A stretch of 64,000 bases of DNA from NCBI GenBank assembly GCA_963806085.1, contig CAWDWR010000003.1:943498-1007497 (forward strand), read 5' to 3'. Position 1 is the stretch's first letter. Every line of letters starts with the position of its first letter. This document shows positions 11,031 through 23,900 of this stretch, piece after piece. Under the pieces are notes generated by a model, which was not told the origin of the DNA, made no database searches, and was given only the letters and a program-made list of their open reading frames with translations. The position numbers and the translations under genes were made by a program. The DNA comes from an uncultured Acidobacteriota bacterium (GTDB lineage Bacteria; Acidobacteriota; Vicinamibacteria; Vicinamibacterales; JAKQTR01).

Positions 11031-11892
11031 ATGCCTGAGAGTTCCCCTGCCGGACTCCTTCCTGTGGACGCAGTATCCGTGGGGCCTGGCCCTCCGGTGC
11101 CGCGCGCTGGATGGTGCGGCGGACCACTGTTTCACCACGCGCGAGCCGGTGTTGGGGGCAGGCCCGCTCGCGGCCGGGGACGGGTGGCATCGCGTCGCGC
11201 TCGCCATGGGCATCCCGGCCGCGTCGGTCGTCCGCCTGCGGCAGGTTCACGGCACGCGCGTCGTGAGCCTCCCTGGGCGGTCGCGCGTTTCCCCCCGAGG
11301 CGCCGGACTGGAACGTCGGCGACATCGCGGCGACCGACGATCCCGGCGTGGCGCTCGCGTGAAGGTGGCCGACTGCGTGCCGATCCTCCTGGCGGACGCG
11401 CGGCGCGGGGCTGTGGCGGCCGTGCACGCCGGCTGGCGCGGCACGGCTGCCGGCGCGGCGCGGTCGGCGGTCGGTGCGCTCTGCGCGCAGTTCGGCGCAG
11501 CGCCGGGCGATCTTGTCGCCGCCATCGGTCCCAGCATCGGCCCCTGCTGTTACCGCGTGGGCGAGGACGTGCGCGCCGCATTCGACGCGACGGGAGAGTG
11601 GGGCGGATCGCTTGACGCCTGGTTCAGCCCGTCACCGGCCTTTGCACCGCGGTGCGGCGTGCCCGGCACCGACCCATCAGCGTCGGGCGGCGGCCCGGCC
11701 CTGTTTCTGGACACCTGGAAGGCGAACGCCGATCAGTTGCAGGCCGCCGGTGTGCCGTCGTCGCAGATTCACGTGTCGCGACTCTGCACGTCCTGTTACA
11801 GGGAGACATTTCACTCCTACCGCGTCGATGGCGATCGGGCGGGGAGGATGATTGGGGTGATTAAGAAGAAGCAAGAAGCAAGAAGCAAGTAG
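11031..11892 (+). CDS. pgeF: YfiH/PgeF-family laccase-domain protein (purine nucleoside phosphorylase/peptidoglycan editing factor), frameshifted; start uncertain
   Basis: Motifs: LRQVHGTRVV, VKVADCVPILLAD, VHAGWRGTAAG, GPSIGPCCYRVGEDV, CTSCYRETFHSYRVDG..GRM. A short out-of-frame stretch lies around 11280-11360. Confidence 0.8.
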
Positions 11893-11969
11893 GATGGCCG
11901 GTTCCGCTGAACTCACCCTTCTGGCTTCTGACGAACGTCAGTTGGCCCTTCTGGCTTCTTGCTTCTTCT
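11863..11969. repeat. Heptad-repeat hairpin spanning the convergent pgeF / RNase H gene ends
   Basis: The left side carries (AGCAAGA)x3. A perfect 15-bp stem pairs GAAGAAGCAAGAAGC (11865-11879) with GCTTCTTGCTTCTTC (11954-11968). CCCTTCTGGCTTCT occurs twice (11916-11929, 11946-11959). Confidence 0.75.
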
Positions 11970-12358
11970 GATCGTCCATCGCCTCGTTCGCGAGGCGGTC
12001 GGCGTCGGCGTTGAACTCGCGCCGCACGTGCTCGAAACGCACGCGGCCGAGCTCCCAGACCAGACGACGTGCCTCTCCGTGCAGCGCCTGCAGGCCGGGG
12101 TTCTTCACCTTGTATTCGCCGCGCATCTGGCACACGAGCAGCAGCGAATCCGAGCGCACGGTGAGGTTCGGTGTAACCGTGCTCCTTCGCGTAGCGAAGA
12201 GCGGCGAGCAGCCCGCGGTACTCGGCGACGTTGTTGGTGGCGACGCCGATGGCTTCGCTGAACTCCGCGACCACGGTGCCGTCGGCGTCCGCGAAGCGCA
12301 CGCCGTAGCCTGCCGGGCCCGGGTTGCCCCGGGAGCCGCCGTCGATGTTGACGATCAC
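11938..12358 (-). CDS. RNase H family protein, one frameshift in this assembly
   Basis: MIVNIDGGSRGNPGPAGYGVRF..NNVAEYRGLLAALRYAKEHG, then in a second frame MRGEYKVKNPGLQALHGEARRL..RVRFEHVRREFNADADRLANEAMD. Confidence 0.75.
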
Positions 12359-12365
12359 AGGCGGG

Positions 12366-13134
12366 CTACTCCGTGGGGCGGGATGCCGGGTCGGCCGGGG
12401 CCGGTGCGCCGGGAGCGGCCGTCTGGGGCACGTCCTCGTAGTAGAGGATGCGCAGGCAGCTCTCGCACTGGAAGATGATCTCGTTGCGGCGGAGCTCGTT
12501 CACCGTCTGCGGCCTGAGCAGGATCTGGCAGGCGGAGCAGCGCCCGCCGCGGACCGGCGCGACGGCGGACGTCTTGCGGTACTTCAGCACCCGCTCGAAG
12601 AGCGCGAGGACCGGCGGGCTGATCTCGGCGGCGAGCGCGGCGCGCTCGGCCGCCAGCGTGCCGATGGCGGCGGCCGCCTCGACCAGCTGGGTGGCCAGCG
12701 CCGCCCGTTCGGCCTCGATCGCGGCCTGCTCGCGGGCGAAGGCCTGCTCGGCCTGCTTTGACCTGCTGCGTCACCTCGTCGAACTCGATCATCTGCTCGA
12801 GCAGCCGGTCTTCGTGCTTCCGGATCTCGTGCTGGGCGGTCTCGATCTCCTTCTGCATCGCCTGGTATTCGCGGTTCGTCTTGACCTCCATGAGCTGGTC
12901 CCGGAACTTCGAGAGCCGGGCCTGCTGCATGGCGAGTTCCTTCTCGATCTCGCGCCGGGCGGCCTGGTTGGCGGCCAGGCGCGCGCGCTCGTGCTCGAGG
13001 GCCTGGCGGGCGGCCTCGAGGGCCGCCGCCAGCTCCTGCTGGCGGGCGGGCTCGTCGGCGATGGTCCGGCGCGCCCGCTCGGCGGCGTCCTCGATCTGCT
13101 GGAGGTGAATGACCCGTTCGAGATCAGGATGCAT
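12366..13134 (-). CDS. Coiled-coil plus C4 zinc-ribbon protein (DUF164-like), frameshifted in this assembly
   Basis: N-terminus is MHPDLERVIHLQQIEDAAERARRTIA..SKFRDQLMEVKTNREYQAMQKEIE. The C-terminus in another frame is GGRCSACQILLRPQTVNELRRNEIIFQCESCLRILYY. Confidence 0.65.
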
Positions 13135-13140
13135 GGTCTG

Positions 13141-13216
13141 TGGTGGGCCCACCAGGATTCGAACCTGGGACAGGCCGGTTATGAGCCGGCGGCTCTTACC
13201 GCTGAGCTATGGGCCC
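13141..13216 (-). tRNA. tRNA-Met (anticodon CAT), CCA encoded
   Basis: The reverse complement folds as GGGCCCA TA GCTC AGCGGTAA GAGC C GCCGG CTCATAA CCGGC CTGTC CCAGG TTCGAAT CCTGG TGGGCCC A CCA. All four stems are perfect. G1-C72 is paired, so this is an elongator type. A lysidine-modified tRNA-Ile2 cannot be excluded. Confidence 0.9.
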
Positions 13217-13224
13217 GCATAAGC

Positions 13225-14913
<1,689 letters not shown>

Positions 14914-14923
14914 GCGTCCTCCC

Positions 14924-16696
14924 TCAGGTGCCCGTGATCTCCAGCGCCGCGATGCGCCGGAGCAGTTCGTGTTTCTGCTGCCACAACCGGTCGATGTCGT
15001 CGCCGCCCCCGGACTGCTGGACGCGGTCGATTTCCTGCTGCACCGCGGCGCCCTCGCGCTCGAGGCGCAGCCGCTTGAGCGCCAGCGCGCACTCGTGCGC
15101 CGGAGCCGGGGCGGCCGGTGCCGCGGCGATGCCCGTCACCAGCTGGGCCTCCTCCTTGCTTAGACGCGCGAGGAAGGCGACAGGTGAACGGGCGGCCCCG
15201 GAGGCCTGCGCCCGGACGGCCTGCTCCAGGATCCGGCCCGACGCCAGCGCCTCCAGGTCGGCCGGCGTCCAGCGGCGCCGAGCGCGTCGGCCGCCTCCTC
15301 GGGCTGGTTCATCAGGGCCCACAGCAGCCCGCGTTCGGCCGGCTTGATCTGGCCCAGCGCCGGCATCTCCCGCGCGCTCACCTCGGTCCGCCGCTCGACG
15401 GCCGCCTTGCGGATCTCGTCCCGCACCACCGACTCGGTAATCCGGGCCCGGTGCGCGATCCGGTCGGCGAACTGGTCGCGGGCCGCCGCGTCCGGGATGC
15501 GCGCCGCCACCGCCAGCATCTCCTGCAGGAACGCGCGGCGGCCGTCGTCGCGGCGCAGGTCGTGCGCGGCCGCCGTCCGATCGAGCAGGTACTCGAGGTA
15601 CGGCTTCGACTGCTGGAGCTGGGCCGCGTACTGCCGGCCCGTCCGGTTCCGGATGAACGTGTCCGGGTCGTCGCCGCCCGGCAGGACGGCCACGTTCACC
15701 TGGAAGCCTTCCGACGACCAGCAGGTCGCACGACCGCGCCGCGGCGCTCTGGCCGGCGGCGTCGGGGTCGAAGCTGAGCACGACCTTCGAGACGAACCGC
15801 CGCAGCAGCTGCGCCTGCTGCGGCGTGAGCGCCGTGCCGCAGGTGGCCACCACCGGCAGACGGCACTCCTGCAGCACCTGCGCGAAGTCGAAGTAGCCCT
15901 CGACCAGCACCACGAACCCCGACTTCCGGAGCAGCGGCTTCGTGTGGTTGAGGCCGTAGAGCGTCCGGCTCTTCGAGTAGATCGGCGTCTCGGGCGAGTT
16001 CAGGTACTTCGGCACCTGGTCCGCGTCCATCGACCGCCCGGCAAACGCGACGATCGACCCCGAGTCGCGCGCGATCGGGATGATCAGGCGGTTCCGGAAC
16101 CGATCCACCACCTGGCCGTTGTCGCGCTCGAGCGACGAGCCCGCTCCGCAGGAGCAAGCGGCACCGGGAACCCCTGGGCGCGCAGGTGGGCCAGCAGCAG
16201 GTCCCGCGAGGGCGGCGCGTAGCCGAGGCCGAGCGTCTCGATGGTCTCGGCCGTCATCGCCCGCTCGGCTCGAGCTGCTGGCGGGCGCGCGCGCCCGCCG
16301 GCGTCGCCAAGCTGCTGGCGGAACCAGGCCGCCGCCACCTCGTGGATCTTCAGGAGCGTCTCGCGGTCGCGCGCGTCCGCCTCGTTCCCGTCCGGCCCGG
16401 TCTCGGGCACCGTCAGGCCGAACTTGCGGGCGAGCAGGCGGACGGCGTCGGTGAAGCCGACCTTCTCCTGCATCTCGACGAACTTGATGACGTCGCCGCC
16501 GACGCCGCAGCCGAAACAGTGGAAGAACCCCTTCTCGCGGTTCACGTGGAACGACGGGCGTCTTCTCGCCGTGGAACGGGCACAGGCCCTTGTAGCTCGT
16601 GCCAGCCTTCTTCAGCGACACGTACTCCTGGATCACCTGCACGATGTCCGCGCGGGCGCGCAGGTCCTCGACGAAGGCCGCCGGGAACAGGGCCAC
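14924..16696 (-). CDS. dnaG: DNA primase DnaG, frameshifted in this assembly
   Basis: GTG start overlaps the mutS2 stop. The zinc-finger region KGLCPFHGEKTP / FHCFGCGVGGDVIKFV is split across frames. Also RNRLIIPIARDSGSIVAFAGRSM and the TOPRIM motif VVLVEGYFD. The C-terminal helical domain lies in further frames. Confidence 0.88.
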   Translation of the reverse strand: MALFPAAFVEDLRARADIVQVIQEYVSLKKAGTSYKGLCPFHGEKTPVVPREPREGVLPLFRLRRRRRRHQVRRDAGEGRLHRRRPPARPQVRPDGARDRAGRERGGRARPRDAPEDPRGGGGLVPPAAWRRRRARAPASSSSRAGDDGRDHRDARPRLRAALAGPAAGPPARPGVPGAACSCGAGSSLERDNGQVVDRFRNRLIIPIARDSGSIVAFAGRSMDADQVPKYLNSPETPIYSKSRTLYGLNHTKPLLRKSGFVVLVEGYFDFAQVLQECRLPVVATCGTALTPQQAQLLRRFVSKVVLSFDPDAAGQSAAARSCDLLVVGRLPGERGRPAGRRRPGHVHPEPDGPAVRGPAPAVEAVPRVPARSDGGRARPAPRRRPPRVPAGDAGGGGAHPGRGGPRPVRRPDRAPGPDYRVGGAGRDPQGGRRAADRGERAGDAGAGPDQAGRTRAAVGPDEPARGGGRRARRRWTPADLEALASGRILEQAVRAQASGAARSPVAFLARLSKEEAQLVTGIAAAPAAPAPAHECALALKRLRLEREGAAVQQEIDRVQQSGGGDDIDRLWQQKHELLRRIAALEITGT

Positions 16697-19187
16697 TAGT
16701 CCTTCAACTCCGCCACCGTGACACCGCCGCCGCCGTGCTCCTGCGGCGCGGCCTGGTGGCTGGCGACGAGCGGATGCCGGTCCAGGTACTCGCCGATCGC
16801 GCGGCGCAGCTGGCCGGTACCGAATCCGTGAATGATGCGGACCTGCCGTTCGTCGGTCAGCAGCAGGTCGTCGAGGAACCGCTCGACGCGGCCCAGCGCC
16901 TCGTCGACCGAGCAGCCGATCACGTTGATCTCGGTGGCCGCGCCGTCGCGGGCGTTCACCATGACGTTGACGTTCACCTTCGACGGCGCCGCCGCGCCGC
17001 CGCCGCCGACCACCTGCAGTTCCGCCACGCGCGCGCGCAGCCGCTTGCCGCGCACGTCGACGTCGGCTTCCCCCGACTGCACCGCGAGCACGCGGCCTTC
17101 GACGCCGAGGCCCCTCAGCAGGACGCGGTCGCCAACCCGGGCCGCGGCACCCTCGGGGCCTGCAGCTGCCGCCGCCACCGGCGGCTCGGGCCGTCCGCGC
17201 ACCGTCCGGCCACCTCGTCCAGGGCCGCCTTCGCCTCGGCGCGCGCCGCGCCGGCCTCGCCGGTGGAGAGGGGCCTGCCGTGCAGCGCCCGGCGGCTCGC
17301 CTCGGCGGTGAGCCGCTCGACCTCGCGGCGCAGGTCGTCGACGACCTTGTCGATGTCCTCCTTCGCCGGCGCGCACCCGCGTCGCGATCTCCTCGTCGGC
17401 CCGCTGGCGCAGCCGCTCTTCCTTCTCGCGCAGCGCCTGCTCGCGCGCCTTCATGCGGGCTTCCGACTCGCCGAGCGCCTCGCGTTCGCGGGTGACCAGC
17501 CGCCGCTCGTGGTCGAGGCTGCGCAGGTCGGCGTCGATCTTGGCGAGGTGCTCGGCCAGCTGCGCCTCGCGCGCCGAGATGTTGCGCCGGGCCTCGTCGA
17601 GGATCGCCGGGCTCAGGCCCAGCCGCCCGGCAATCTCGAGCGCCAGGCTGCGGCCGGGCGTGCCGTACGTGCAGCCGGTACGTCGGCGCGAACGTCTCGG
17701 GATCGAACCCGAACGCCGCGCAGGCCACGCCGGCGGTCGTCGAGGCATACGACTTCAGCGGCTCGTAGTGCGTCGTCGCCACCACGTGCGCGCCGCGCGC
17801 CCGCAGGTGGTCCACGATCGCGAGGCCGAGCGCGCCGCCCTCGACGGGGTCGGTCCCCGCGCCCACCTCGTCGAGCAGCACCAGCGCCGGCAGCGCCAGC
17901 GACCGGTCCATCTGGACGATGTTCGCTCATGTGCCAGGAGAAGGTGCTCAGGTTCGCGGCAATCGACTGCTCGTCGCCGATGTCGGCGAACACGGACCTG
18001 AACACCGGCACGCGCGAGCCATGCTCGGCCGGCACGTGCAGCCCGGCCTGGGCCATCAGCGCCAGCAGGCCGGCCGTCTTGAGGGCGACCGTCTTGCCGC
18101 CCGTGTTGGGGCCGGTGATGACGAGCACCGTCGTGCCGGGGATGAGCTTGACGTCCACGGGCACGGGGCCGTTCTCGGGGGCCCCCGAGCCGCCGGCGCT
18201 GCCGGCCTGTCCGCCTGCGCCCCGCGCGTCCGCGAGCCGCCCGGCGATGGCCGGGATGAGCAGGGGATGCCGGGCCGCCAGCAGTTCGAACGCGCCGTCG
18301 GCGGCCAGCGCCGGTTCGACGCCGCCCACCAGCGCCGACAGCCGGGCCTTGGCCTGGATGACGTCCAACTCGGTGGCCGCCTCGATGGTCCGCTGCAGGT
18401 CGAGCGCCCGGCGCCGGTACTGGTCGGTGAGGCCGAGCAGGATCCGCCGGACCTCCTCGGCCTCCTGCTGCTCGAGGGCCACGATGTCGTTGTTGATCTC
18501 GACCGTGCTCAGCGGCTCGAGGTAGAGGCTGGCGCCGCTCGACGAGCTGCCGTGGACGATGCCCGGAATGGCCGAGCGGTGCTCGGCGCGCACCACGAGC
18601 ACGAACCGGCCGTTGCGGTCCGTCACGACCTGGTCCTGCAGGTACTTGGCGGTGTCGCGGTTCCTCAGGAACGATTCCAGTGTGCCCTTCAGCCGGGTCC
18701 GCTGCCGCCGGAGCCGCTCGCGCACCGCCTTCAATTCCGGGCTGGCGCCGTCGGCCACCTCGCCGGACGGCTCGATCTTGTGTCGCGTCTCGGCGATTTC
18801 CCCGCGGAACGACGCGCCGCTCTCCGCCAGCGCCTTCAGGATCGGGAAAGCGTGCTCCGTCCGGCGGACGGCGGCGCGCGTCGTGTCGACCGACTCGAGG
18901 TACTCGGCCAGGCCGAGCAGGCGCAGCGGCTCGAGGGCGCGGCCCTCGACGGCGAGGCCGCCGAGGATGGCCGGCAGGTCCGCCGGGGCGGACAGCGCAA
19001 AGCCGCCCGCCAGCTCGTTGAACCGCACGCCTTCGGAGGTCGCCGCCAGCAACTGGGCCACCTTGCGCGGGTCGGCAGACGGCTTCAGCCCCGCCAGGCG
19101 CTCGGCGCCCAGGGGCGTGACCGCGCACCCGCGCAGCACATCCAGGATGTGCGTGAACTCGAGGGCCTGAAGGACGGCTGTCTGCAT
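16696..19187 (-). CDS. mutS2: Endonuclease MutS2 (MutS domain plus C-terminal Smr), frameshifted in this assembly
   Basis: Walker A is VITGPNTGGKTVALKT. Also LVLLDEVGAGTDPVEG, a coiled-coil middle region, and the Smr domain VRIIHGFGTGQLRRAIGEYL. At least 3 frame changes. Confidence 0.88.
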
Positions 19188-19262
19188 ACCTGTCGGGATC
19201 GCCGCTGGAGAGGTTGTGTGCCCCGGGGGACCGGCCGTACACACAAAGGGCTGCAACCTCCC

Positions 19263-19291
19263 AATATGCTCCCTGCGGACCCTATTGTCAA
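19263..19291 (-). promoter_or_regulatory. Candidate sigma-70 promoter upstream of mutS2
   Basis: The minus strand reads TTGACA - 17 nt - CATATT, about 75 nt upstream of the mutS2 ATG. This is pattern only. Confidence 0.35.
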
Positions 19292-19301
19292 GGCGAAAGC
19301 G

Positions 19302-20061
19302 CTACAAATGATTGATTTGGCTGGCGATGCACGCCGCGCCGAAGCCGTTGTCGATGTTCACGACGGCCACCCCCGGCGCGCACGAGTTCAGCATGCCGAG
19401 CAGCGCCGCCAGTCCGCCGAAGCTGGCGCCGTAACCGACGCTGGTCGGCACGGCGATGACGGGCGCCCGCACCAGGCCGCCGACGACGCTCGGCAGGGCC
19501 CCCTCCATCCCCGCGACGACGATGACCACCCGGGCGGCGTCGAGGCGGTCGCGGGCGCTCAGCAGCCGGTGAAGGCCGGCCACGCCGACGTCGAACAGCC
19601 GGTCCACCGGGTTGTTCATGACCTCGGCCGTAATGGCGGCCTCCTCCGCGACGGCCAGGTCGGAGGTGCCGGCGACGGCCACCAGGATGGTGCCGGTGCC
19701 CCTGGCGAGCTCTCCGGCGCCGCCGCTCGATGATGCGGGCCTGCTCGTGAAAGACGGCGTCGGGCACGGCCTGCCGGACCGCCTCGTAGGCCTCGGCGCC
19801 GGTGCGGGTGACGAGCAGCGTGTGGCCGTGGCTCACGATGCGGCCGGCGATGGCCGCCAGCTGGGCGGGCGTCTTGCCCTCCCCGAACACGACTTCCGGG
19901 AAGCCCTTGCGGACGGCCCGGTGGTGATCCACGCGGGCGAACCCCAGGTCTTCGAACGGCTGCGCCCGAAGCCGGTCCAGCAGGTCGGCCTGGACGGCCT
20001 CGAGCGGCACCTCGCCCCGTTGCAGGCGGCCGAGCAGGTCGTGGAGTTCCTTGGGATTCAT
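19302..20061 (-). CDS. larB: LarB-like nickel-pincer cofactor biosynthesis protein (AIR-carboxylase fold), one frameshift in this assembly
   Basis: N-terminus is [25 protein letters not shown]. The C-terminus in a second frame is [51 protein letters not shown]. Confidence 0.7.
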
Positions 20062-20078
20062 GGGTGCGCTCCGGGCGT

Positions 20079-20107
20079 TTGTCAGTGAGGCGTACGACCG
20101 CTATAAT
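20079..20107 (+). promoter_or_regulatory. Candidate sigma-70 promoter for the GT2 gene
   Basis: TTGTCA (20079-20084) - 17 nt - TATAAT (20102-20107). A 7-bp hairpin TTGTGCC atcc GGCACAA (20114-20131) follows in the leader. Confidence 0.5.
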
Positions 20108-20152
20108 GAATGATTGTGCCATCCGGCACAACTTCACGCGGGCAAAGCGCTT

Positions 20153-21654
20153 ATGACCTTGCTTGAGACCCTCGTCCTCGGGTCGTACTTCTTCGTCCTG
20201 GTCATCCTGGGGCTGTACGGGTGGCACCGGTACTACCTGGTCTACGCGTACATGAAGAACAAGGACCGGGCGCCGGGGCCGCCGCCCGCGTGGGACGGGC
20301 CGCTGCCGCCGGTCACCATCCAGCTGCCGCTCTACAACGAGATGTACGTCGTCGATCGGCTGCTGCAGGCGACGGCCCGCATCGACTACCCGAAGGACCT
20401 TCTGGAAATCCAGGTCCTCGACGACTCGACGGACGAGACGACCGACGTGGCGCGGCTGGCCGTCGACCGGCTGGCTGCCCAGGGGTTCGACATCAAGTAC
20501 ATCCACCGCACCGACCGCACCGGATTCAAGGCCGGGGCGCTCGATGCGGGCCTGAAGGTGGCCCGCGGCGAGTTCGTGGCGATTTTCGACGCGGACTTCG
20601 TCCCCAGCCCCGACTTCCTGCAGCGGACCGTGCCGTACTTCCGGAACCCGAGGATCGCGCTGGTGCAGGCGCGGTGGGGGCACGTCAACGCCGATTACTC
20701 ATTGCTGACGAAGGTCCAGGCCATCCTGCTCGACGCACACTTCGTGCTCGAGCACGGCGGCCGCAACCGCGCCGGTCACTTCTTCAACTTCAACGGCACG
20801 GCCGGCATCTGGCGCCGCGAGGTCATTCCCGCCGCGGGCGGGTGGCAGCACGACACGCTCACCGAGGACCTCGACCTCAGCTACCGGGCGCAGCTGCTCG
20901 GCTGGAAGTTCCTGTTCCTGCCCGAACTGGTGGCGCCGGCGGAAGTGCCGGTCGAGATGAACGCGTTCAAGTCGCAGCAGCACCGCTGGGCAAAAGGGCT
21001 CCATCCAGGTCTGCCTGAAGCTGCTGCCGAGGATCCTGCAGTCGGACCTGCCGTTCGGCGTCAAGGCCGAGGCGTTCCTGCACCTGACGGCGAACTTCAA
21101 CTACCTGCTCATGTCGGCGCTGTCCATCCTGATGTTCCCGTCGATGGTCATCCGCTACAACATGGGCTGGTACGAGATGCTGCTCATCGACGTCCCGCTG
21201 TTCTTCGCGGCGACGGCCTCGGTGGCCAACTTCTACGTGGTTTCGCAGCGCGAGCTGTATCCCGACTGGAAGGCGCGGCTGAAGTACGTGCCGTTCCTGA
21301 TGGCGGTGGGCATCGGCCTCGCCGTCAACAACACCCGGGCGGTCCTCGAGGCGATGTTCCGTCACGAAACGGCGTTCGCGCGCACGCCGAAGTACGGCAT
21401 CGAGCGCGGCTCCGACCAGTGGGCGGGCAAGAAGTACCACGCAGGCGATGGCCGTCCAGCCGCTCGTCGAGATCGGCCTCGGCCTCTATTTCACGACGAC
21501 GGTGTTCTACGCCCTGGCCAACGGCATCTACGGCTCGCTGCCGTTCCTGGTGCTCTTCCAGGTCGGCTTCCTCTACATGGGGCTCACGTCAGTCATCCAG
21601 CAGTTCGGCGGCGGGGAAGCCGTCCTGAACACGCAAGTGGCGCGCGGCAAGTAG
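20153..21654 (+). CDS. Processive family-2 glycosyltransferase (cellulose-synthase-like/CslA-like), frameshifted in this assembly
   Basis: Motifs: QLPLYNE, LDDSTDET, FDADFVP, TEDLDLSYR, QQHRWAKG (QxxRW). N- and C-terminal TM helices are present. Frame changes occur near 21000 and 21440. Confidence 0.8.
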
Positions 21655-21664
21655 GGCACCGCCA

Positions 21665-22081
21665 GTGAACTTCGGCCGAGTCGCAGCCGCGGCGATCGCG
21701 GCGTGGGTCCTCTACCTGGGGCTCAGCCCGCTCGTGAACAACGTGCTGCTCGCGGACCTGTACGCCCGGCACGCCGGCGTCTTCAGGCCCCAGGCCGAGA
21801 TGAACGTCGCGTTCGGCCTCACGGCGACGCTCGTTGGCTTCTTCGTGTTCGCCTACGCCTACGCGAAGGGGTACGAGGGCGGACCTGGCGCCGTCGAGGG
21901 CCTCCGCTACGGCGTCATCGTCGGCCTCCTGCTGGCCACCTTCTCGGTGGCGTGGAACTACGTGGTCCTGCCGGTGTCGGGCGCGCTCGCCGCGGCGTGG
22001 ATCGTCGACGTGATCGTGGAGATGGCGATCTACGGTACCGCCGTCGGCCTCATCTACAAGCCGCTCGGCGGCCGCAAGTAG
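21665..22081 (+). CDS. Small integral membrane protein, function unknown
   Basis: Intact 138-aa ORF with four hydrophobic segments, immediately downstream of the GT2 gene. Confidence 0.5.
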   Translation: MNFGRVAAAAIAAWVLYLGLSPLVNNVLLADLYARHAGVFRPQAEMNVAFGLTATLVGFFVFAYAYAKGYEGGPGAVEGLRYGVIVGLLLATFSVAWNYVVLPVSGALAAAWIVDVIVEMAIYGTAVGLIYKPLGGRK

Positions 22082-22087
22082 CCCAGG

Positions 22088-23898
22088 ATGGATCAGCAGT
22101 ACGTCCGCAACTTCTCGATCATCGCGCACATCGATCACGGGAAGTCCACGCTCGCGGACCGCTTCCTGGAACTGACCGGGGCGCTGCAGCCGCGCGAGAT
22201 GACCGAGGCGCAGGTCCTCGACTCGATGGACCTCGAGCGCGAGCGCGGCATCACGATCAAGGCGCACCCGGTCCGGCTCACGTACCAGGCGCTCGACGGC
22301 CGGACCTACATCCTGAACCTGATCGACACGCCCGGCCACGTGGACTTCTCGTACGAGGTCACGCGCTCGCTCGCCGCCTGCGAAGGGCGCGGTGCTGCTG
22401 GTGGACGCGTCGCAGGGCGTGGAGGCGCAGACGCTCGCCAACGCGTACCTCGCGGTCGACTACAACCTCGAGATCATCCCGGTCATCAACAAGATCGACC
22501 TGCCGAGCGCGCAGCCCGAGGAGGCGCGCCGGCAGCTGGCCGACATCATCGGCCTCGACCCGGCGCACGCGATCCTGACGAGCGCCAAGGCCGGCACCGG
22601 CGTCCAGGACGTGCTCGAGGCGGTCATCGCGCGGCTGCCGCCGCCCGCGGGCGACGCGCAGGCGCCCCTGAAGGCCCTGATCTTCGACTCCTGGTACGAC
22701 GCCTACCGCGGCGTCGTCATCGTCGTCCGGGTGATCGACGGCGTGCTGCGCGGGCGCATGAAGATCCGCCTGATGGCGCTGGGGCAGGAGTACGACGTCG
22801 AACAGGTCGGCGTCTTCACGCCGAAGCCGGTCCAGGTGGACGAGCTCGGCGTCGGCGAGGTCGGGTTCTTCACCGCGACCATCAAGAAGGTGAGCGACGC
22901 GAAGCTCGGCGACACCGTGACCGAGGCGGCCCGCCCGGCGGTCGAGCCGTTCCCCGGCTTCCGCGAGCTCAAGCCGATGGTGTTCGCCGGCCTGTACCCC
23001 GTGGAGGGCCACGAATACCCGGAGCTGCGCGACGCCCTCGAGAAGCTGCGGCTGAACGACGCCTCCTTCTTCTACGAGCCCGAGTCCTCGTCGGCCCTCG
23101 GACTTCGGCTTCCGGTGCGGCTTCCTCGGCCTGCTGCACATGGACATCGTGCAGGAGCGCCTCGAGCGCGAGTTCGACCAGGACCTGGTCACGACGGCGC
23201 CGGGCGTGCTCTACCGGGTGACGACGACGGACGGCGATGTGCACGAAATCGACAGCCCGGCGAAGCTGCCCGAGACGGGCCGCATCTCGAAGTTCGAGGA
23301 GCCGGTCATCAAGGCGATGATCCTGACGCCCGCCGAGCACGTCGGCGGCATCCTGCAGCTCTGCCAGGACAAGCGCGGCATCCAGAAGTCCCTCGAGTAC
23401 CTCGCGAGCGACCGCGTCCTCATCACGTACGATCTGCCGTTCGCCGAGGTCGTCCTCGATTTCTACGATCGGCTGAAGACCATCTCGCGCGGCTACGCGT
23501 CGCTCGATTACCACATCAGCGGCTACTGGGAGTCGCCGCTGCAGAAGCTCGAGATCCTGGTCAACGGCGATCCCGTTGACGCGCTGTCGGTCATCGTCCA
23601 CCGCGACTCGGCCTACACCCGCGGCCGCGCCCTGGCCTCGAAGATGCGCGAGCTGATCCCGCGGCAGATGTTCGAGGTGGCCATCCAGGCCAGCATCGGC
23701 AGCCGCATCATCGCGCGCGAGTCGGTCAAGGCCCTGCGCAAGAACGTGCTGGCCAAGTGCTACGGCGGGGACATCACCCGCAAGCGGAAGCTGCTCGAGA
23801 AGCAGAAGGAAGGCAAGAAGCGGATGAAGCGCGTCGGCAAGGTCGAAATCCCGCAGGACGCGTTCCTCGCCGTCCTCAAGATCGGAACGGAGGAGTAG
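22088..23898 (+). CDS. lepA: Elongation factor 4 (LepA), frameshifted in this assembly
   Basis: Motifs: [29 protein letters not shown], and the C-terminal [25 protein letters not shown]. Frame changes occur near 22385 (extra g in gaaggg) and near 23110. Confidence 0.93.
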
Positions 23899-23900
23899 CC

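Noticed and set aside
14924-17911. A 995-aa single ORF on the minus strand
   Set aside because: It is a read-through composite. Only parts of it carry DnaG or MutS2 sequence, and the rest is out-of-frame filler between frame errors. dnaG and mutS2 are annotated separately, with a GTG/TAG overlap at 16694-16698.
19302-20061. larB as evidence for a lactate-racemase/nickel-pincer cofactor operon
   Set aside because: No larC, larE or larA is adjacent. The neighbours are mutS2 and a divergently transcribed GT2 gene. Only the single-gene call is supported.
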